From: Nostoc sp. S13
GTDB lineage: Bacteria > Cyanobacteriota > Cyanobacteriia > Cyanobacteriales > Nostocaceae
DNA: 64,000 nucleotides
Direction: 5' to 3'
Assembly: GCF_029379315.1 (NCBI RefSeq)
Contig: NZ_JAQYWQ010000014.1
Coordinates: forward strand, 542 to 64,541
This document shows positions 39,304-49,502 of this stretch, piece by piece (position 1 is the first letter of the stretch; each line of letters begins with the position of its first letter). Under the pieces are notes generated by a model. The model had not been told where the DNA came from. It saw only the letters and a list, made by a program, of their open reading frames with translations, and searched no databases. Made by a program: the position numbers and the translations under genes.

Positions 39304-39566
39304 TAGGATGACACTTCTCATAAGTAATAATTTGTTTATCATTGCTCCAATGTCACCTCCCCGTTAGGGTAGATTTTTAGGTTCTATCCCCCGCCTTATG
39401 CTCAAGTGACTTACGCTATTATTAAATACCAAGCTGGAAAACTGTAAAACCCTTTATATATAAGGATAACAGCTTTAAAAAAGCATGTATTTAATATTAG
39501 GAACGATAAAGGGAGCAATAGAGCCTATTTCTATCTGTTGGTTTTTGATAGGCTGTCAGCAGATGA

Positions 39567-40913
39567 TTACAAAGTATATGTAAAATCTTCCACCAGCATA
39601 CCGGGAACTAAACTACCTCCCAGTTGACGACTTTCGTATGTACCTACTTCGGGAATGAATTCTTGAAAAGTGGTCAAATCTACTAAGTTTTCTCCCCAAA
39701 AGCGATAAAGACTTTCATCAAAACGCAAGTTTTCAATGGGGGCAATGATTTCTCCATTTTCTACCCAAAAACAAGCATAACGGGTCATGCCTGTGATTCT
39801 ACCAGTTTGGCGATCGCTCCAATTCAAGTAATGCAAATTAGATACATATAGTCCTGTATCTAAAGTCGGAAGAATCTGCTCAAATACTAAATTTCCCGGA
39901 CTCACTTCTGGCGCTCGTAAAGTCTCTGAACTATTAGCGCCGTTGGCATTTTTTTCATATTCTTTAGCAGTCCGAGAATTTACCAAAGTATTTATCAAAT
40001 CTCCTTTTTCTATTATAGGTAACTCCAGTGCTGCTATTTCTCCCAATTCATTAAATCGCGGTACTAATCCCCGTTGAAAGTTTTCTTTCAAACTAAATGC
40101 AGTCGAAAGTTGTTTTTCTTGGCGCCATAGAGCAGCTAAAGCGCTGTTTCCTTGTTGGATATCAGCTTCGCTTAGAGACCCCCAAGAAAGCATAATTAAT
40201 AAATCTGCAACAGCAGCAGGTGCAAAATAAGTTTTGTATTGTCCCCGTGGCAATTCTTTAGCTGGGCGAGAAAGTAATTCTAGTTGCTTTTTGGCTTCGC
40301 TAATTTTGGCTACATAAGTAGATTTATCCCAATCACTTCCGGCAAATGTGCCCTTAACTGCTTGTTCAGAGGTGGTGAATAGAGAATAATCTAAGGTAAA
40401 AGAATCAGTAGCAAACCAGTGTTTCTGTCCGTTAGAGTCACCATAAGCTTTAATTACCACTCCCCCTGCATATATGCCTGTAAAATCTAATTCAGCAACT
40501 AGTTCTAGCACAGTTGGTACTACTGCTTCCGCCGCCAATAAATTCCCATAATGTATTTCTCGACTGGTATTATTTCCTGATGGTAAAACTAAATATGAAT
40601 CAATGGGTAGTAGAATAAGTTCGTCACGTAGTTCCTGCAAAGCAGCATATGCTAACTGCCAATCTACGTCCCAATTTCCAGTAAAGGGAAACTGTCGAAC
40701 ACTGCTGCGTTTATCTGCCATCAAAGTTAGTTCGATCCAACCATCAGCAACACAACCAGTTTGTCGTACTTTCGCATGATTGAAACGAGTAAATTGACTT
40801 CTTTCACTGCTTAGTCTTACGGTAAATTGTTCATTCTCTGCTTTTTTGATAATTAGAGTTTCAATCAGTCGATAAAAGCTGACTTCTAACGCAGATAATT
40901 CCTCAAGTTTCAT
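39567..40913 (-). CDS. TldD/PmbA family protein (TldE-like)
   Basis: TRFNHAKVRQ, NLHYLN...TGMTR and APIENLRF. Confidence 0.85.
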   Translation of the reverse strand: MKLEELSALEVSFYRLIETLIIKKAENEQFTVRLSSERSQFTRFNHAKVRQTGCVADGWIELTLMADKRSSVRQFPFTGNWDVDWQLAYAALQELRDELILLPIDSYLVLPSGNNTSREIHYGNLLAAEAVVPTVLELVAELDFTGIYAGGVVIKAYGDSNGQKHWFATDSFTLDYSLFTTSEQAVKGTFAGSDWDKSTYVAKISEAKKQLELLSRPAKELPRGQYKTYFAPAAVADLLIMLSWGSLSEADIQQGNSALAALWRQEKQLSTAFSLKENFQRGLVPRFNELGEIAALELPIIEKGDLINTLVNSRTAKEYEKNANGANSSETLRAPEVSPGNLVFEQILPTLDTGLYVSNLHYLNWSDRQTGRITGMTRYACFWVENGEIIAPIENLRFDESLYRFWGENLVDLTTFQEFIPEVGTYESRQLGGSLVPGMLVEDFTYTL

Positions 40914-41028
40914 AGATATTAAATATTAATAGGAAAATCAAAAGAGGGAGGAAGTTAGGAGCAAAGCGTCTTTGCTCCTAACTTATAACTACCAAGTCCT
41001 AACTCATAGCTCATCACTCATAACTTTT

Positions 41029-42468
41029 TCAAGTTCCTCCGCCAAAAACTTCGACATTAGCAAATACACAAACAGGTGAACCATGTCCTACCCAAATGGC
41101 CTGATTTGGTTCTCCTTTACCACAATAAGGAGTACCATACATTTGCCAGTTGTCAGCATTTCCTACTTGGATTAAGCTGTGCCAAAACTCTGGTGTTGTA
41201 GCGCGATAGTTCGGATTGCGGAGGGTTTTAGTAAATTTACCGTTTTCAATTAATTTAGCGTACTCGCAACCAAATTGAAATTTGTAGCGGCGATCGTCAA
41301 TTGACCAAGAGCGGTTAGATTCCATATAAACGCCGTGTTCTATCCCAGCAATAATGTCTTCAAAGGTAGCGTTTAAAGGCTCTAAATTCAAGTTTGCCAT
41401 GCGATCGATCGCTGGTCGATTCCATGAGGAGGCACGGGCACAGGCAACTCCTGCTACACCTGCTCTTACTTGACTCTCCAGACTGCCTAAACCCCGTTGG
41501 AGTACACCTTCTTTAACCAAATACTCCCGCGTTGCTACAGCACCCGTATCATCAAAACCATAGCTGGCAAATTCACCAGGCACGGTGGGATCAAAAGTAA
41601 TATTCATCAGTGGCGAACCATATACTAGGTTGCCAAAATCACTTTTATTAACAAAGCTGCCCCCAGCATAGTTACGCTCATCTCCCAAAATTCGGTCAAT
41701 TTCTAGAGGATGCCCGACACTTTCATGGATTTGCAGCATCATTTGATCTGGGGCTAAAACTAAATTGGTACGGCTGGTTGGGCATTCCTCAGCTGTCAAG
41801 AGTTCTAGTGCTTGTTTGCCAATTTGCCGCACCCGATGCCATAAATCTTCTTGTTTTAAAAGCTCTAGTCCGCCTTGGTAACAGTTTGCCTGGGAACCAT
41901 TGTGACTGCGCTGCTGTACAATCACCCCATCTTGGGCAGTGGCTCCGTAATTAGTGCCTATAGATAGTATTTTTTGATAGACTTCTGAACCGTTGCTACT
42001 GACAAACCAAGATTCTCTCTCGGTTGTGCTAGCACTGGCTATGGTTTGCACAATCTTGTCGTCAACTTTCAGCGTTTGGCAAATACGAACCAGTAAATCG
42101 TTGATTTCTCCCGGACTCAGAGCATCCAATGGCTCAAGAAATGGAGAGTGATATTCACCAACGACTTTAGGGCGCTGACTTTCACTGAAAGGATGTATCC
42201 ACCATTCACTGGCTGCTAGCGCCTGTTTATAGGCTGTTTGAGCAGCAGCTTGTAGAGACGGTAATTCCAGAGAGTTAGTAGCTGCATAACCCAGACAGCC
42301 ATTAACCAAAACTTCCAGCATGGCTCCTACAGTGAAGGATTTGCTATTTAACTGGGGTAAGGCGTCACGGACTGACCGGATAGTTGAAGTCTCTTTTACG
42401 GCTCTGATACCAATCCAATCAGCAGGAATATCGAAACTAGCGATCGCTTTTTTAAGTTCAGACCACAT
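41029..42468 (-). CDS. tldD: TldD family metalloprotease
   Basis: HExxxH motif [10 protein letters not shown] and C-terminal CGKGEP. Confidence 0.88.
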   Translation of the reverse strand: MWSELKKAIASFDIPADWIGIRAVKETSTIRSVRDALPQLNSKSFTVGAMLEVLVNGCLGYAATNSLELPSLQAAAQTAYKQALAASEWWIHPFSESQRPKVVGEYHSPFLEPLDALSPGEINDLLVRICQTLKVDDKIVQTIASASTTERESWFVSSNGSEVYQKILSIGTNYGATAQDGVIVQQRSHNGSQANCYQGGLELLKQEDLWHRVRQIGKQALELLTAEECPTSRTNLVLAPDQMMLQIHESVGHPLEIDRILGDERNYAGGSFVNKSDFGNLVYGSPLMNITFDPTVPGEFASYGFDDTGAVATREYLVKEGVLQRGLGSLESQVRAGVAGVACARASSWNRPAIDRMANLNLEPLNATFEDIIAGIEHGVYMESNRSWSIDDRRYKFQFGCEYAKLIENGKFTKTLRNPNYRATTPEFWHSLIQVGNADNWQMYGTPYCGKGEPNQAIWVGHGSPVCVFANVEVFGGGT

Positions 42469-42475
42469 AATTTAA

Positions 42476-42603
42476 GGAATTGGGAATTGGGAATTGGGCA
42501 TTGGGCATTGGGCATTGGGCATTGGGCATGGGGCATGGGGCATGGGGCATTGGGCATTGGGCATTGGGCATTGGGCATTGGGCATTGGGCATTGGGCATT
42601 GGG
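42476..42603. repeat. STRR array (TTGGGCA/TGGGAAT)n
   Basis: Long tandem heptamer run; similar shorter runs at about 46802-46835 and 54855-54915. Confidence 0.95.
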
Positions 42604-42654
42604 GAAAGAATTTTTATAACTCCTAACTCCTAACTCCTAACTCCCCACTCCCCT

Positions 42655-44121
42655 CTAATTCCGATGCCAGCGTGTGCCATCACGACTATCAATTAGCGTA
42701 ATACCTTCTGCTTGAAGTTCGTCACGAATACGATCGCTTTCAGCAAAATTCTTGGCAATACGTGCTTCTTGCCTTTGCTGAATTCGCGCCTCAATTTCCG
42801 CATCGCTTAAACCACTACTGGTGTGAGTTTCTGTTTCTATCTCGGCTTCTAAACCCAAAATTCCAGCTAATGTGATCAGAGTTTGCCATTGACGTTGTAA
42901 CTCATCTGGTGATGTTTCGGTTTTCCCTTCATGCACAAGAATATTTCCCTCACGACGCAGTTCTTTGGCTAATTCAAACAGTACCGTTAACCCACCAGGA
43001 AAATTAAAATCATTATTCACAGTTTCTTGGAAACGTTCAACAGTTTCAGGGAGTAGTGAGCTAGTTCCCACTTCCCAGCCTAGTTTTTTGCCGTATTGGT
43101 AGCCGAAGAGTAAACCTTCTTTAATGGTGTGCCAACCGTTGGTTGCTGCGGCGATCGCTTCGTCGGTAAAATCTATGGGTGTGCGATATTGAGCGGTCAG
43201 CACGAACAACCGTACTGCCATCGGGTCAACTCCTCGATCCAGCAATTCTCGAATAGTGATAAAGTTGCCCAAAGATTTGGACATTTTTTCACCATCTACC
43301 TTCACCATGCCGTTATGTAACCAGTAACGCGCTAAGGGTTTTCCTGTCACAACCTCTGATTGGGCAATTTCGTTTTCATGGTGGGGAAAAATTAAGTCAC
43401 TACCACCAGTATGAATATCTATGGTATCACCCAAGCGATCGCGTACCATTGCCGAGCATTCTATATGCCACCCCGGACGACCTGCGCCCCAAGGTGATTT
43501 CCAAGCTGGTTCTCCCGGTTTTGCTGCCTTCCACAAAGCAAAATCAAAGGGATCTTTCTTTTTCTGGTAGTCTGGATCTTCTACGTTCACGCGTAGGCGT
43601 AGCCCGCCGTAGGCATCGCTTTTACCCGCTTGCATATCTTCTAACTTGCGTCCCGAAAGCTTGCCATACTCAGAAAACTGTCGTACTGCATAATACACAT
43701 CGCCGTCAGAGGGGTAAGCAAAACCCTTGTTTTCCAACTCATGAATTAATCGTTGAATGCCATTCATCGTGTGGGTAGCACGGGGATACTCATCAGCTTC
43801 TTTGATTCCCAATCGCGCCATATCCTCAAAATATGCTTTGATAAAGCGATCGGCTACAACTTCCATTGATGAATGTTCAACACAAGCTCGATTCAGAATC
43901 TTGTCATCAATATCAGTAAAATTTTGGATATATCGCACTTGATAGCCGATAAACTGGAGGTATCGGCGCACTACGTCCCAAACGATGCAAGCTCTAGCAT
44001 GACCCAGATGGCAGTAGTCGTACACCGTCACGCCGCAGTAATACATCTTAACCTTGCCTGGTTCGACTGTTTCAAACGGTTCTTGACGACGGGTGAGGGT
44101 ATTGTAAACGGTTAGGGTCAT
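42655..44121 (-). CDS. cysS: Cysteine--tRNA ligase
   Basis: CGVTVYD, HLGH, PGWHIECS and KMSKS; start placed at MTLTVYNTL. Confidence 0.97.
   Translation of the reverse strand: MTLTVYNTLTRRQEPFETVEPGKVKMYYCGVTVYDYCHLGHARACIVWDVVRRYLQFIGYQVRYIQNFTDIDDKILNRACVEHSSMEVVADRFIKAYFEDMARLGIKEADEYPRATHTMNGIQRLIHELENKGFAYPSDGDVYYAVRQFSEYGKLSGRKLEDMQAGKSDAYGGLRLRVNVEDPDYQKKKDPFDFALWKAAKPGEPAWKSPWGAGRPGWHIECSAMVRDRLGDTIDIHTGGSDLIFPHHENEIAQSEVVTGKPLARYWLHNGMVKVDGEKMSKSLGNFITIRELLDRGVDPMAVRLFVLTAQYRTPIDFTDEAIAAATNGWHTIKEGLLFGYQYGKKLGWEVGTSSLLPETVERFQETVNNDFNFPGGLTVLFELAKELRREGNILVHEGKTETSPDELQRQWQTLITLAGILGLEAEIETETHTSSGLSDAEIEARIQQRQEARIAKNFAESDRIRDELQAEGITLIDSRDGTRWHRN
43591..43619. repeat. 21-nt SDR1-type repeat inserted in a HIP1 site inside cysS
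   Basis: Minus strand reads GCGAT[GCCTACGGCGGGCTACGCCTA]CGC and adds AYGGLRL. Confidence 0.85.
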
Positions 44122-44257
44122 AACAGAGTAATGCTGAAATACAGAGATACGTAATAATAGGGTAAGGCAGCTGGGATGACAGTCCAGCATCCCTATGCTA
44201 ATGTTTTCTGGACTATCTGCGCTACATTACTATTTTTTGACATTTGATAACAGCGCT

Positions 44258-45364
44258 ATGCAATCAGCAGTTACACCCGAATCTTCCGCAATGGATACGC
44301 CCAAACAAGGAATGCCAGTAACAATTATTACGGGTTTCCTCGGTAGTGGCAAGACGACTTTACTTAATCATATCCTCAACAACCAACAGGGTTTGAAAAC
44401 CGCTGTTCTCGTGAATGAATTTGGCGAAATTGGCATCGACAACGAGCTAATTGTTTCCACTGGTGAGAACATGGTGGAACTAAATAATGGTTGTATCTGC
44501 TGCACCATTAATAATGATTTGGTAGATGCAGTTTACAAAGTTTTAGAACGCCAAGAAAATCTAGATTATCTAGTCGTGGAAACAACTGGATTGGCAGATC
44601 CGCTACCAGTAGCTTTAACATTTCTGGGCACAGAGTTGCGTGATTTAACTCGTCTGGATTCGATTATTACCGTGGTAGATGCGGCGAATTATAGCCTAGA
44701 TTTATTCAACTCTGAGGCCGCATACAGCCAGATTGCCTATGGTGATGTCATTGTGCTGAACAAGACTGATTTGGTTGATGAAGCCACTTTGAAGGAGTTA
44801 GAAAGAAAAATTAACGAAGTTAAGGAAGGAGCAAGAATTATTCGCACCACGCGATCGCAAGTGCCACTTCCTTTAATTCTCAGTGTTGGTCTGTTTGAAT
44901 CTGATAAATATTTTGACACAGTGGTAGATGACCACGACGATCACGACCACGATCATGATGACCATGATCACTCAACATGCGGTCATGACCATCACGATCA
45001 TGACCATGACCATCACGATCATCACCATCATTCTGACCATTTAGAAAATGATGGTTTCACTTCCATATCTTTCCAAAGTGACAAGCCTTTTTCTATTAAG
45101 AAGTTTCAGTATTTCTTAGATAACCAGCTACCCTCAAATATCTTCCGAGCGAAGGGGATTATGTGGTTTGATGAAAGTCCGAAGCGTCATATTTTCCACC
45201 TTTGCGGTAAACGCTTCACCTTGGATGATGATGAATGGCAAGGTCAATTGAAAAACCAATTAGTGCTGATTGGTCAAAATTTGGATCGTGAGGCTTTAAT
45301 TACTCAACTCCAAAACTGCATTTGTCTACCTTCAACCTCTCGCGGTAAAGGGTTTGGGAAATAA
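44258..45364 (+). CDS. CobW/COG0523 family GTPase metallochaperone with His/Asp-rich tract
   Basis: TGFLGSGKTT, NEFGE, GCICC and ETTGLADP; start placed at MQSAV. Confidence 0.92.
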   Translation: MQSAVTPESSAMDTPKQGMPVTIITGFLGSGKTTLLNHILNNQQGLKTAVLVNEFGEIGIDNELIVSTGENMVELNNGCICCTINNDLVDAVYKVLERQENLDYLVVETTGLADPLPVALTFLGTELRDLTRLDSIITVVDAANYSLDLFNSEAAYSQIAYGDVIVLNKTDLVDEATLKELERKINEVKEGARIIRTTRSQVPLPLILSVGLFESDKYFDTVVDDHDDHDHDHDDHDHSTCGHDHHDHDHDHHDHHHHSDHLENDGFTSISFQSDKPFSIKKFQYFLDNQLPSNIFRAKGIMWFDESPKRHIFHLCGKRFTLDDDEWQGQLKNQLVLIGQNLDREALITQLQNCICLPSTSRGKGFGK

Positions 45365-45506
45365 AAGTTAGGAGTGAGGAATTAAGAGTTTAACATTCGT
45401 ACTCGTTCCCAGGTTCCACCTGGGAATGCATTCCCAATAGCTCCGCCATCGATTTTGAGTAATGAAAATGCGAGAATAACGTAGGACTATCGTAGACATC
45501 GGTTCC

Positions 45507-45864
45507 TCACTCCCCAACATTACTAGCTTCTTCGCTTGCCAACTGCTCTACCTGCTCCACGGTTAACCCCGTCACTTTCGCCACTATTTCCACCGAGATT
45601 CCCTCTTTGAGCAAATTCATCGCTACACGCCGCACTTCTTGGGCACGACCTTCGGCTAAACCTTCAGCAAGGATAGCTTGATAAGTTACTGACTCTTGCA
45701 TAAGTTCCCTCCGCAGCAATTGTTGAATTATCTCTTTCTCTAACTACTAGTGCAGCCAGAATGAACGCTGAGGCTGCAATATTATTCTGGATACGTTGAT
45801 CAGTAATTTCTGAAATTTCCTGAACAACTTGTTGTAACGTAGCGTCACAGCCCGTCGTAGACAT
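45507..45864 (-). pseudogene. 3' fragment of an Rpn/PD-(D/E)XK transposase-like protein, frameshifted
   Basis: NIAASAFILAALV shifts frame into LEKEIIQQLLRRELMQESVTYQAIL...VAKVTGLTVEQV; the 5' end is lost at a partial SDR1 (cccgtcgtagacattgc). Confidence 0.75.
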
Positions 45865-45903
45865 TGCTCTAAAATTGATACGTTCATCAACGTTTAGATT
45901 AAA

Positions 45904-46356
45904 ATGCGCGTTATCATCCAGCGAGTTAAATCATCTCAAGTTACAGTTAATCATGAAATTGTCGGCAAAATTGGGCGGGGGCTAAATTTACTCGTAGGTA
46001 TAGCCAATACCGATACTGATGCTGAAATCGACTGGATGGTACGTAAGTGCTTAGAATTGCGGCTGTTTCCTGACGAGCAAGGAGATGACCGTTGGCAAAA
46101 ATCTGTACAAGAAATTAGCGGTGATTTGTTAGTAGTCAGTCAATTTACCCTTTATGGTGACTGTCGCAAAGGTCGCCGTCCTTCTTTTGACCGTTCAGCC
46201 GCTCCCAAATCGGCAGAAGATTTGTATAATCGTTTTGTTACCAAGTTAAGAGCTAGCGGTTTGCAGGTGGAAACAGGTCAATTTGGTGCAATGATGCAAG
46301 TTACAATTGAAAACGATGGCCCCGTAACTTTGTTACTTGAAAAAGAAACAATTTAA
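45904..46356 (+). CDS. dtd: D-aminoacyl-tRNA deacylase
   Basis: [20 protein letters not shown] and NDGPVT. Confidence 0.95.
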   Translation: MRVIIQRVKSSQVTVNHEIVGKIGRGLNLLVGIANTDTDAEIDWMVRKCLELRLFPDEQGDDRWQKSVQEISGDLLVVSQFTLYGDCRKGRRPSFDRSAAPKSAEDLYNRFVTKLRASGLQVETGQFGAMMQVTIENDGPVTLLLEKETI

Positions 46357-46460
46357 GTATATACACTAGAAAGATGAATAACAGTAGCCTTTAGACCGTG
46401 GTGTTCTAATTGGTGAGAGAATATTAAATTAACCATCACAAAAGTTTAAATTCATTCATC

Positions 46461-46802
46461 ATGGCGAAAATCCAGTTTTTTAAAGGTCTTGACGAAGAAG
46501 TAACTCCAGAAGTGCGCTTGACGCGATCGCGCACTGGCGAGAGTGGTACAGCAACGTTTATTTTTACGAATCCCAAGATTTTAGATCAAGGCAGCACCGA
46601 AGATATTACCGGGATGTATTTAATTGACGAAGAAGGGGAAATAATTACCCGTGAAGTTAAGGCTAAATTTGTCAACGGAAAACCGGAAGAATTAGAAGCA
46701 CTTTACGTGATGAAATCAGCCCAAGAATGGGATCGCTTTATGCGCTTCATGGAGCGATATGCTGAAGAAAACGATCTGGGACTGAGCAAAGCTGAAAAAT
46801 AG
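46461..46802 (+). CDS. psb28: Photosystem II assembly protein Psb28
   Basis: [21 protein letters not shown]...[12 protein letters not shown]. Confidence 0.95.
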   Translation: MAKIQFFKGLDEEVTPEVRLTRSRTGESGTATFIFTNPKILDQGSTEDITGMYLIDEEGEIITREVKAKFVNGKPEELEALYVMKSAQEWDRFMRFMERYAEENDLGLSKAEK

Positions 46803-46910
46803 GGCATTGGGCATTGGGCATTGGGCATTGGGCATAAGTAATTATTTTCATGTCCAATGTGCTATTTCCCATGCAAAATTACTCGTGATCACAAGTTGAA
46901 AGCTTAACCG

Positions 46911-47423
46911 ATGACACAACAACCTCACCCAGACTCCCCTGTAATTATGGTAACTTGTGCTGTGGTTACTGTCAGCGATACACGCACTTTTGAAACAGAC
47001 AAAAGTGGCCAGCTAATTCAGCAATTACTCCTTGGTGCTAACTATGCTGTAGGAGCCTACACAATTATTAAAGATGAACCAATACAAATACAAGGACAGA
47101 TAGAAAATCTGGGTAAAAGCTCAAATTTGGATGCTGTAATTTTCAATGGCGGCACAGGTATTGCACCAAGAGATACTACCTACGATGCTATTGAGAAGTT
47201 ATTAGAGAAAACGTTACCGGGATTTGGTGAGTTATTTCGTTTTTTAAGTTATCAAGAAATTGGTTCGCGGGCGATCGCTTCTCGCGCTGTTGCTGGTGTT
47301 TATCAAAATAAATTAATCTTCTCGCTTCCTGGTTCCACTAATGCTGTGCGACTGGCGATGGAAAAACTGATTGTGCCGGAACTCACTCACTTGGTAAATC
47401 AGGTTTGTAAGGGGGTGAAATGA
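46911..47423 (+). CDS. moaB: Molybdenum cofactor biosynthesis protein (MoaB/Mog)
   Basis: TVSDTR, GGTGIAPRDTT, PGFGELFR and SLPGS. Confidence 0.88.
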   Translation: MTQQPHPDSPVIMVTCAVVTVSDTRTFETDKSGQLIQQLLLGANYAVGAYTIIKDEPIQIQGQIENLGKSSNLDAVIFNGGTGIAPRDTTYDAIEKLLEKTLPGFGELFRFLSYQEIGSRAIASRAVAGVYQNKLIFSLPGSTNAVRLAMEKLIVPELTHLVNQVCKGVK

Positions 47424-47560
47424 GCAGCCTTTCAGAAAGTTACCATGATAATTTTTGTAAAACTAACACATCACGCTCTAAAATCATCCCTTCTATGCAT
47501 ACATCTTCAATCTACCAAGAATTATAGTATAAGGGATAAAATGTTAATATCAGGTCAGCA

Positions 47561-49312
47561 ATGGAGCCTATTCAGTGGAATTGGATAATTGCTCACGGCA
47601 TCACTGCATTTTCATACTTTGGCATCCCTACTATAATAGGGGTTTTCTTTGCCAAAACTAAGGCAACTATCCCTTCTAAGTTTTGGCTAGCCTTTTTCTT
47701 ATCAGGTGGATTCATACTATTGTGCGGATTTCATCATCTTCTGGCGGTCTTTGAGCCACATATGGCAGTCTCGCTGCTGCACTTAGGTCTGCTCGACTTA
47801 ATGGCGTTTATTTCCTTGTCTGCCCTGCTCTACCTGATGCCAACCGCTTATCAAATTGTAGAGGCGATCGGCAAATATCAAGAAGATACCTGCGAACTTA
47901 AACGCAGCCAGCAGATGCAAGGGCTATTCCTAGATAATGGCCCGTTTGGGGCCTATATTAAAGATGAGCAATCTAGAATGCTCTACTACAACCAGGAGCT
48001 ACAGTCTATATTTTCGATAGATTCACAACAATGGTTGGGGAAAACGGATAATGAATTCTTCCCAGATCCAGAAGAGGCGCGGCAGGTAATAGAAAACGAT
48101 AAAATCGTTTTGAGGACTCTACGCCCCTTGAAGGTGATTGAACAGGTAAAAAAACCTGGTAATGATCAGACGTCCTACTGGCTATCGTTTAAGTTTCCGT
48201 TTTGCGATTACGTAACGGGCGCTAACCGCATCGGTGGGATCAGTATTGATATTACAGAATCCATAGAAACACAGCGATCGCTCACTGACATAAATCGGCA
48301 GCTAGAAGAAAAAACACTGAAATTAGAGGCAAAAAAACAGGAACTTATATCTCTCTCAGATATGGCGGATATGCTTTATTCCTGCGAGTCTGAAGATGAG
48401 GTGTATCAAGTGGTCGCTTTAACCTGTTCCAAGCTGTTTCCTAATATGAGTGGTTGTATCTGTATAATTGCTAATTCCAAGAATTATGTTCAGATCAATA
48501 GTATTTGGGGACGTGAAAGAAGCAGTAAAGAAATATTTTCACAATCTCAGTGTTGGGCATTGCGGAGAGGGAAATTCAACCTTTTATCGCCTCGCAACTC
48601 AGGACTGATGTGCAGCCACTTAGTACAGCCTGTTAGCGGCGCACATTTATGTGTTCCCTTGTTTGGACAAGGCGAAGTAGTTGGGGTTTTACACATCTAT
48701 GCCCTTGAAGAAATTAGTCCAGAAGAGCAACAAACTACTGAGATTATTGCTAGATCCTTAGCCTTTGCACTGAATAATATATCGATAAAAGAACGTCTAA
48801 CCCATGATAACTTGCGGGATGCAATGACCCAACTATTCAATCAAAACTATCTGCAAACTATAACGGAACAGAGGTTGGCGGAAGCTGAACGGTCGGCACA
48901 ACCTCTAAGTGTTATTTTCCTTGATATCGATAACTTTAAATCTTACAACTCGCGCTATGGGCATTTGACTGCCAACATTGTTCTTCAGGGATTAGCAAAA
49001 CTGCTCTTAAAATCTATTCGCTCCTTTGACATTGCTTGCAGATGGGGTGGTGAAGAATTTGTAATTGTGATGCCTAATATGACGCTGGAAACGCTCAGGA
49101 AGCGAGTAGAACAACTAAGAGTAGATGTTGAACAAATGCAGTTGAAGGACGGCGATCATATCCTCGAAGGCATCACGGCTTCTTTTGGAATAGCTGTATC
49201 AGAACCAGGAATTACAGTTAAGGATTTTCTGAATCGGGCAGATCAAGCGATGCTTGAGGCAAAGCGAAAAGGGAAGAATCGGGTTATGGAGTATATAAAT
49301 ACCTATAATTAA
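47561..49312 (+). CDS. Diguanylate cyclase: ETR1-like membrane sensor, PAS, GAF, GGDEF
   Basis: N-terminal SYFGIP and FILLCGFHHL; C-terminal RSFD I-site plus RWGGEEF and RADQAMLEAK. Confidence 0.88.
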   Translation: MEPIQWNWIIAHGITAFSYFGIPTIIGVFFAKTKATIPSKFWLAFFLSGGFILLCGFHHLLAVFEPHMAVSLLHLGLLDLMAFISLSALLYLMPTAYQIVEAIGKYQEDTCELKRSQQMQGLFLDNGPFGAYIKDEQSRMLYYNQELQSIFSIDSQQWLGKTDNEFFPDPEEARQVIENDKIVLRTLRPLKVIEQVKKPGNDQTSYWLSFKFPFCDYVTGANRIGGISIDITESIETQRSLTDINRQLEEKTLKLEAKKQELISLSDMADMLYSCESEDEVYQVVALTCSKLFPNMSGCICIIANSKNYVQINSIWGRERSSKEIFSQSQCWALRRGKFNLLSPRNSGLMCSHLVQPVSGAHLCVPLFGQGEVVGVLHIYALEEISPEEQQTTEIIARSLAFALNNISIKERLTHDNLRDAMTQLFNQNYLQTITEQRLAEAERSAQPLSVIFLDIDNFKSYNSRYGHLTANIVLQGLAKLLLKSIRSFDIACRWGGEEFVIVMPNMTLETLRKRVEQLRVDVEQMQLKDGDHILEGITASFGIAVSEPGITVKDFLNRADQAMLEAKRKGKNRVMEYINTYN

Positions 49313-49502
49313 TTCCGGTTCTACCGCTACCCTCATAATCAGGGTTTTATAGATAAGTTCTAAATGCTTAAAACTCAATCTATATAAGGAACACAGTTTA
49401 GAAGGGGAGTGGAAGACAATAACACTACTACATTAGCCGTATCTCTTCATACTCTTTTTTGGCTAAAGTCTTGCTTGTAGTTCACCAAAAGATTTGGAGC
49501 CT

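Noticed and set aside
42396-42599. 67-aa ORF (MPNAQCP)n
   Set aside because: It is a translation of the STRR heptamer array.
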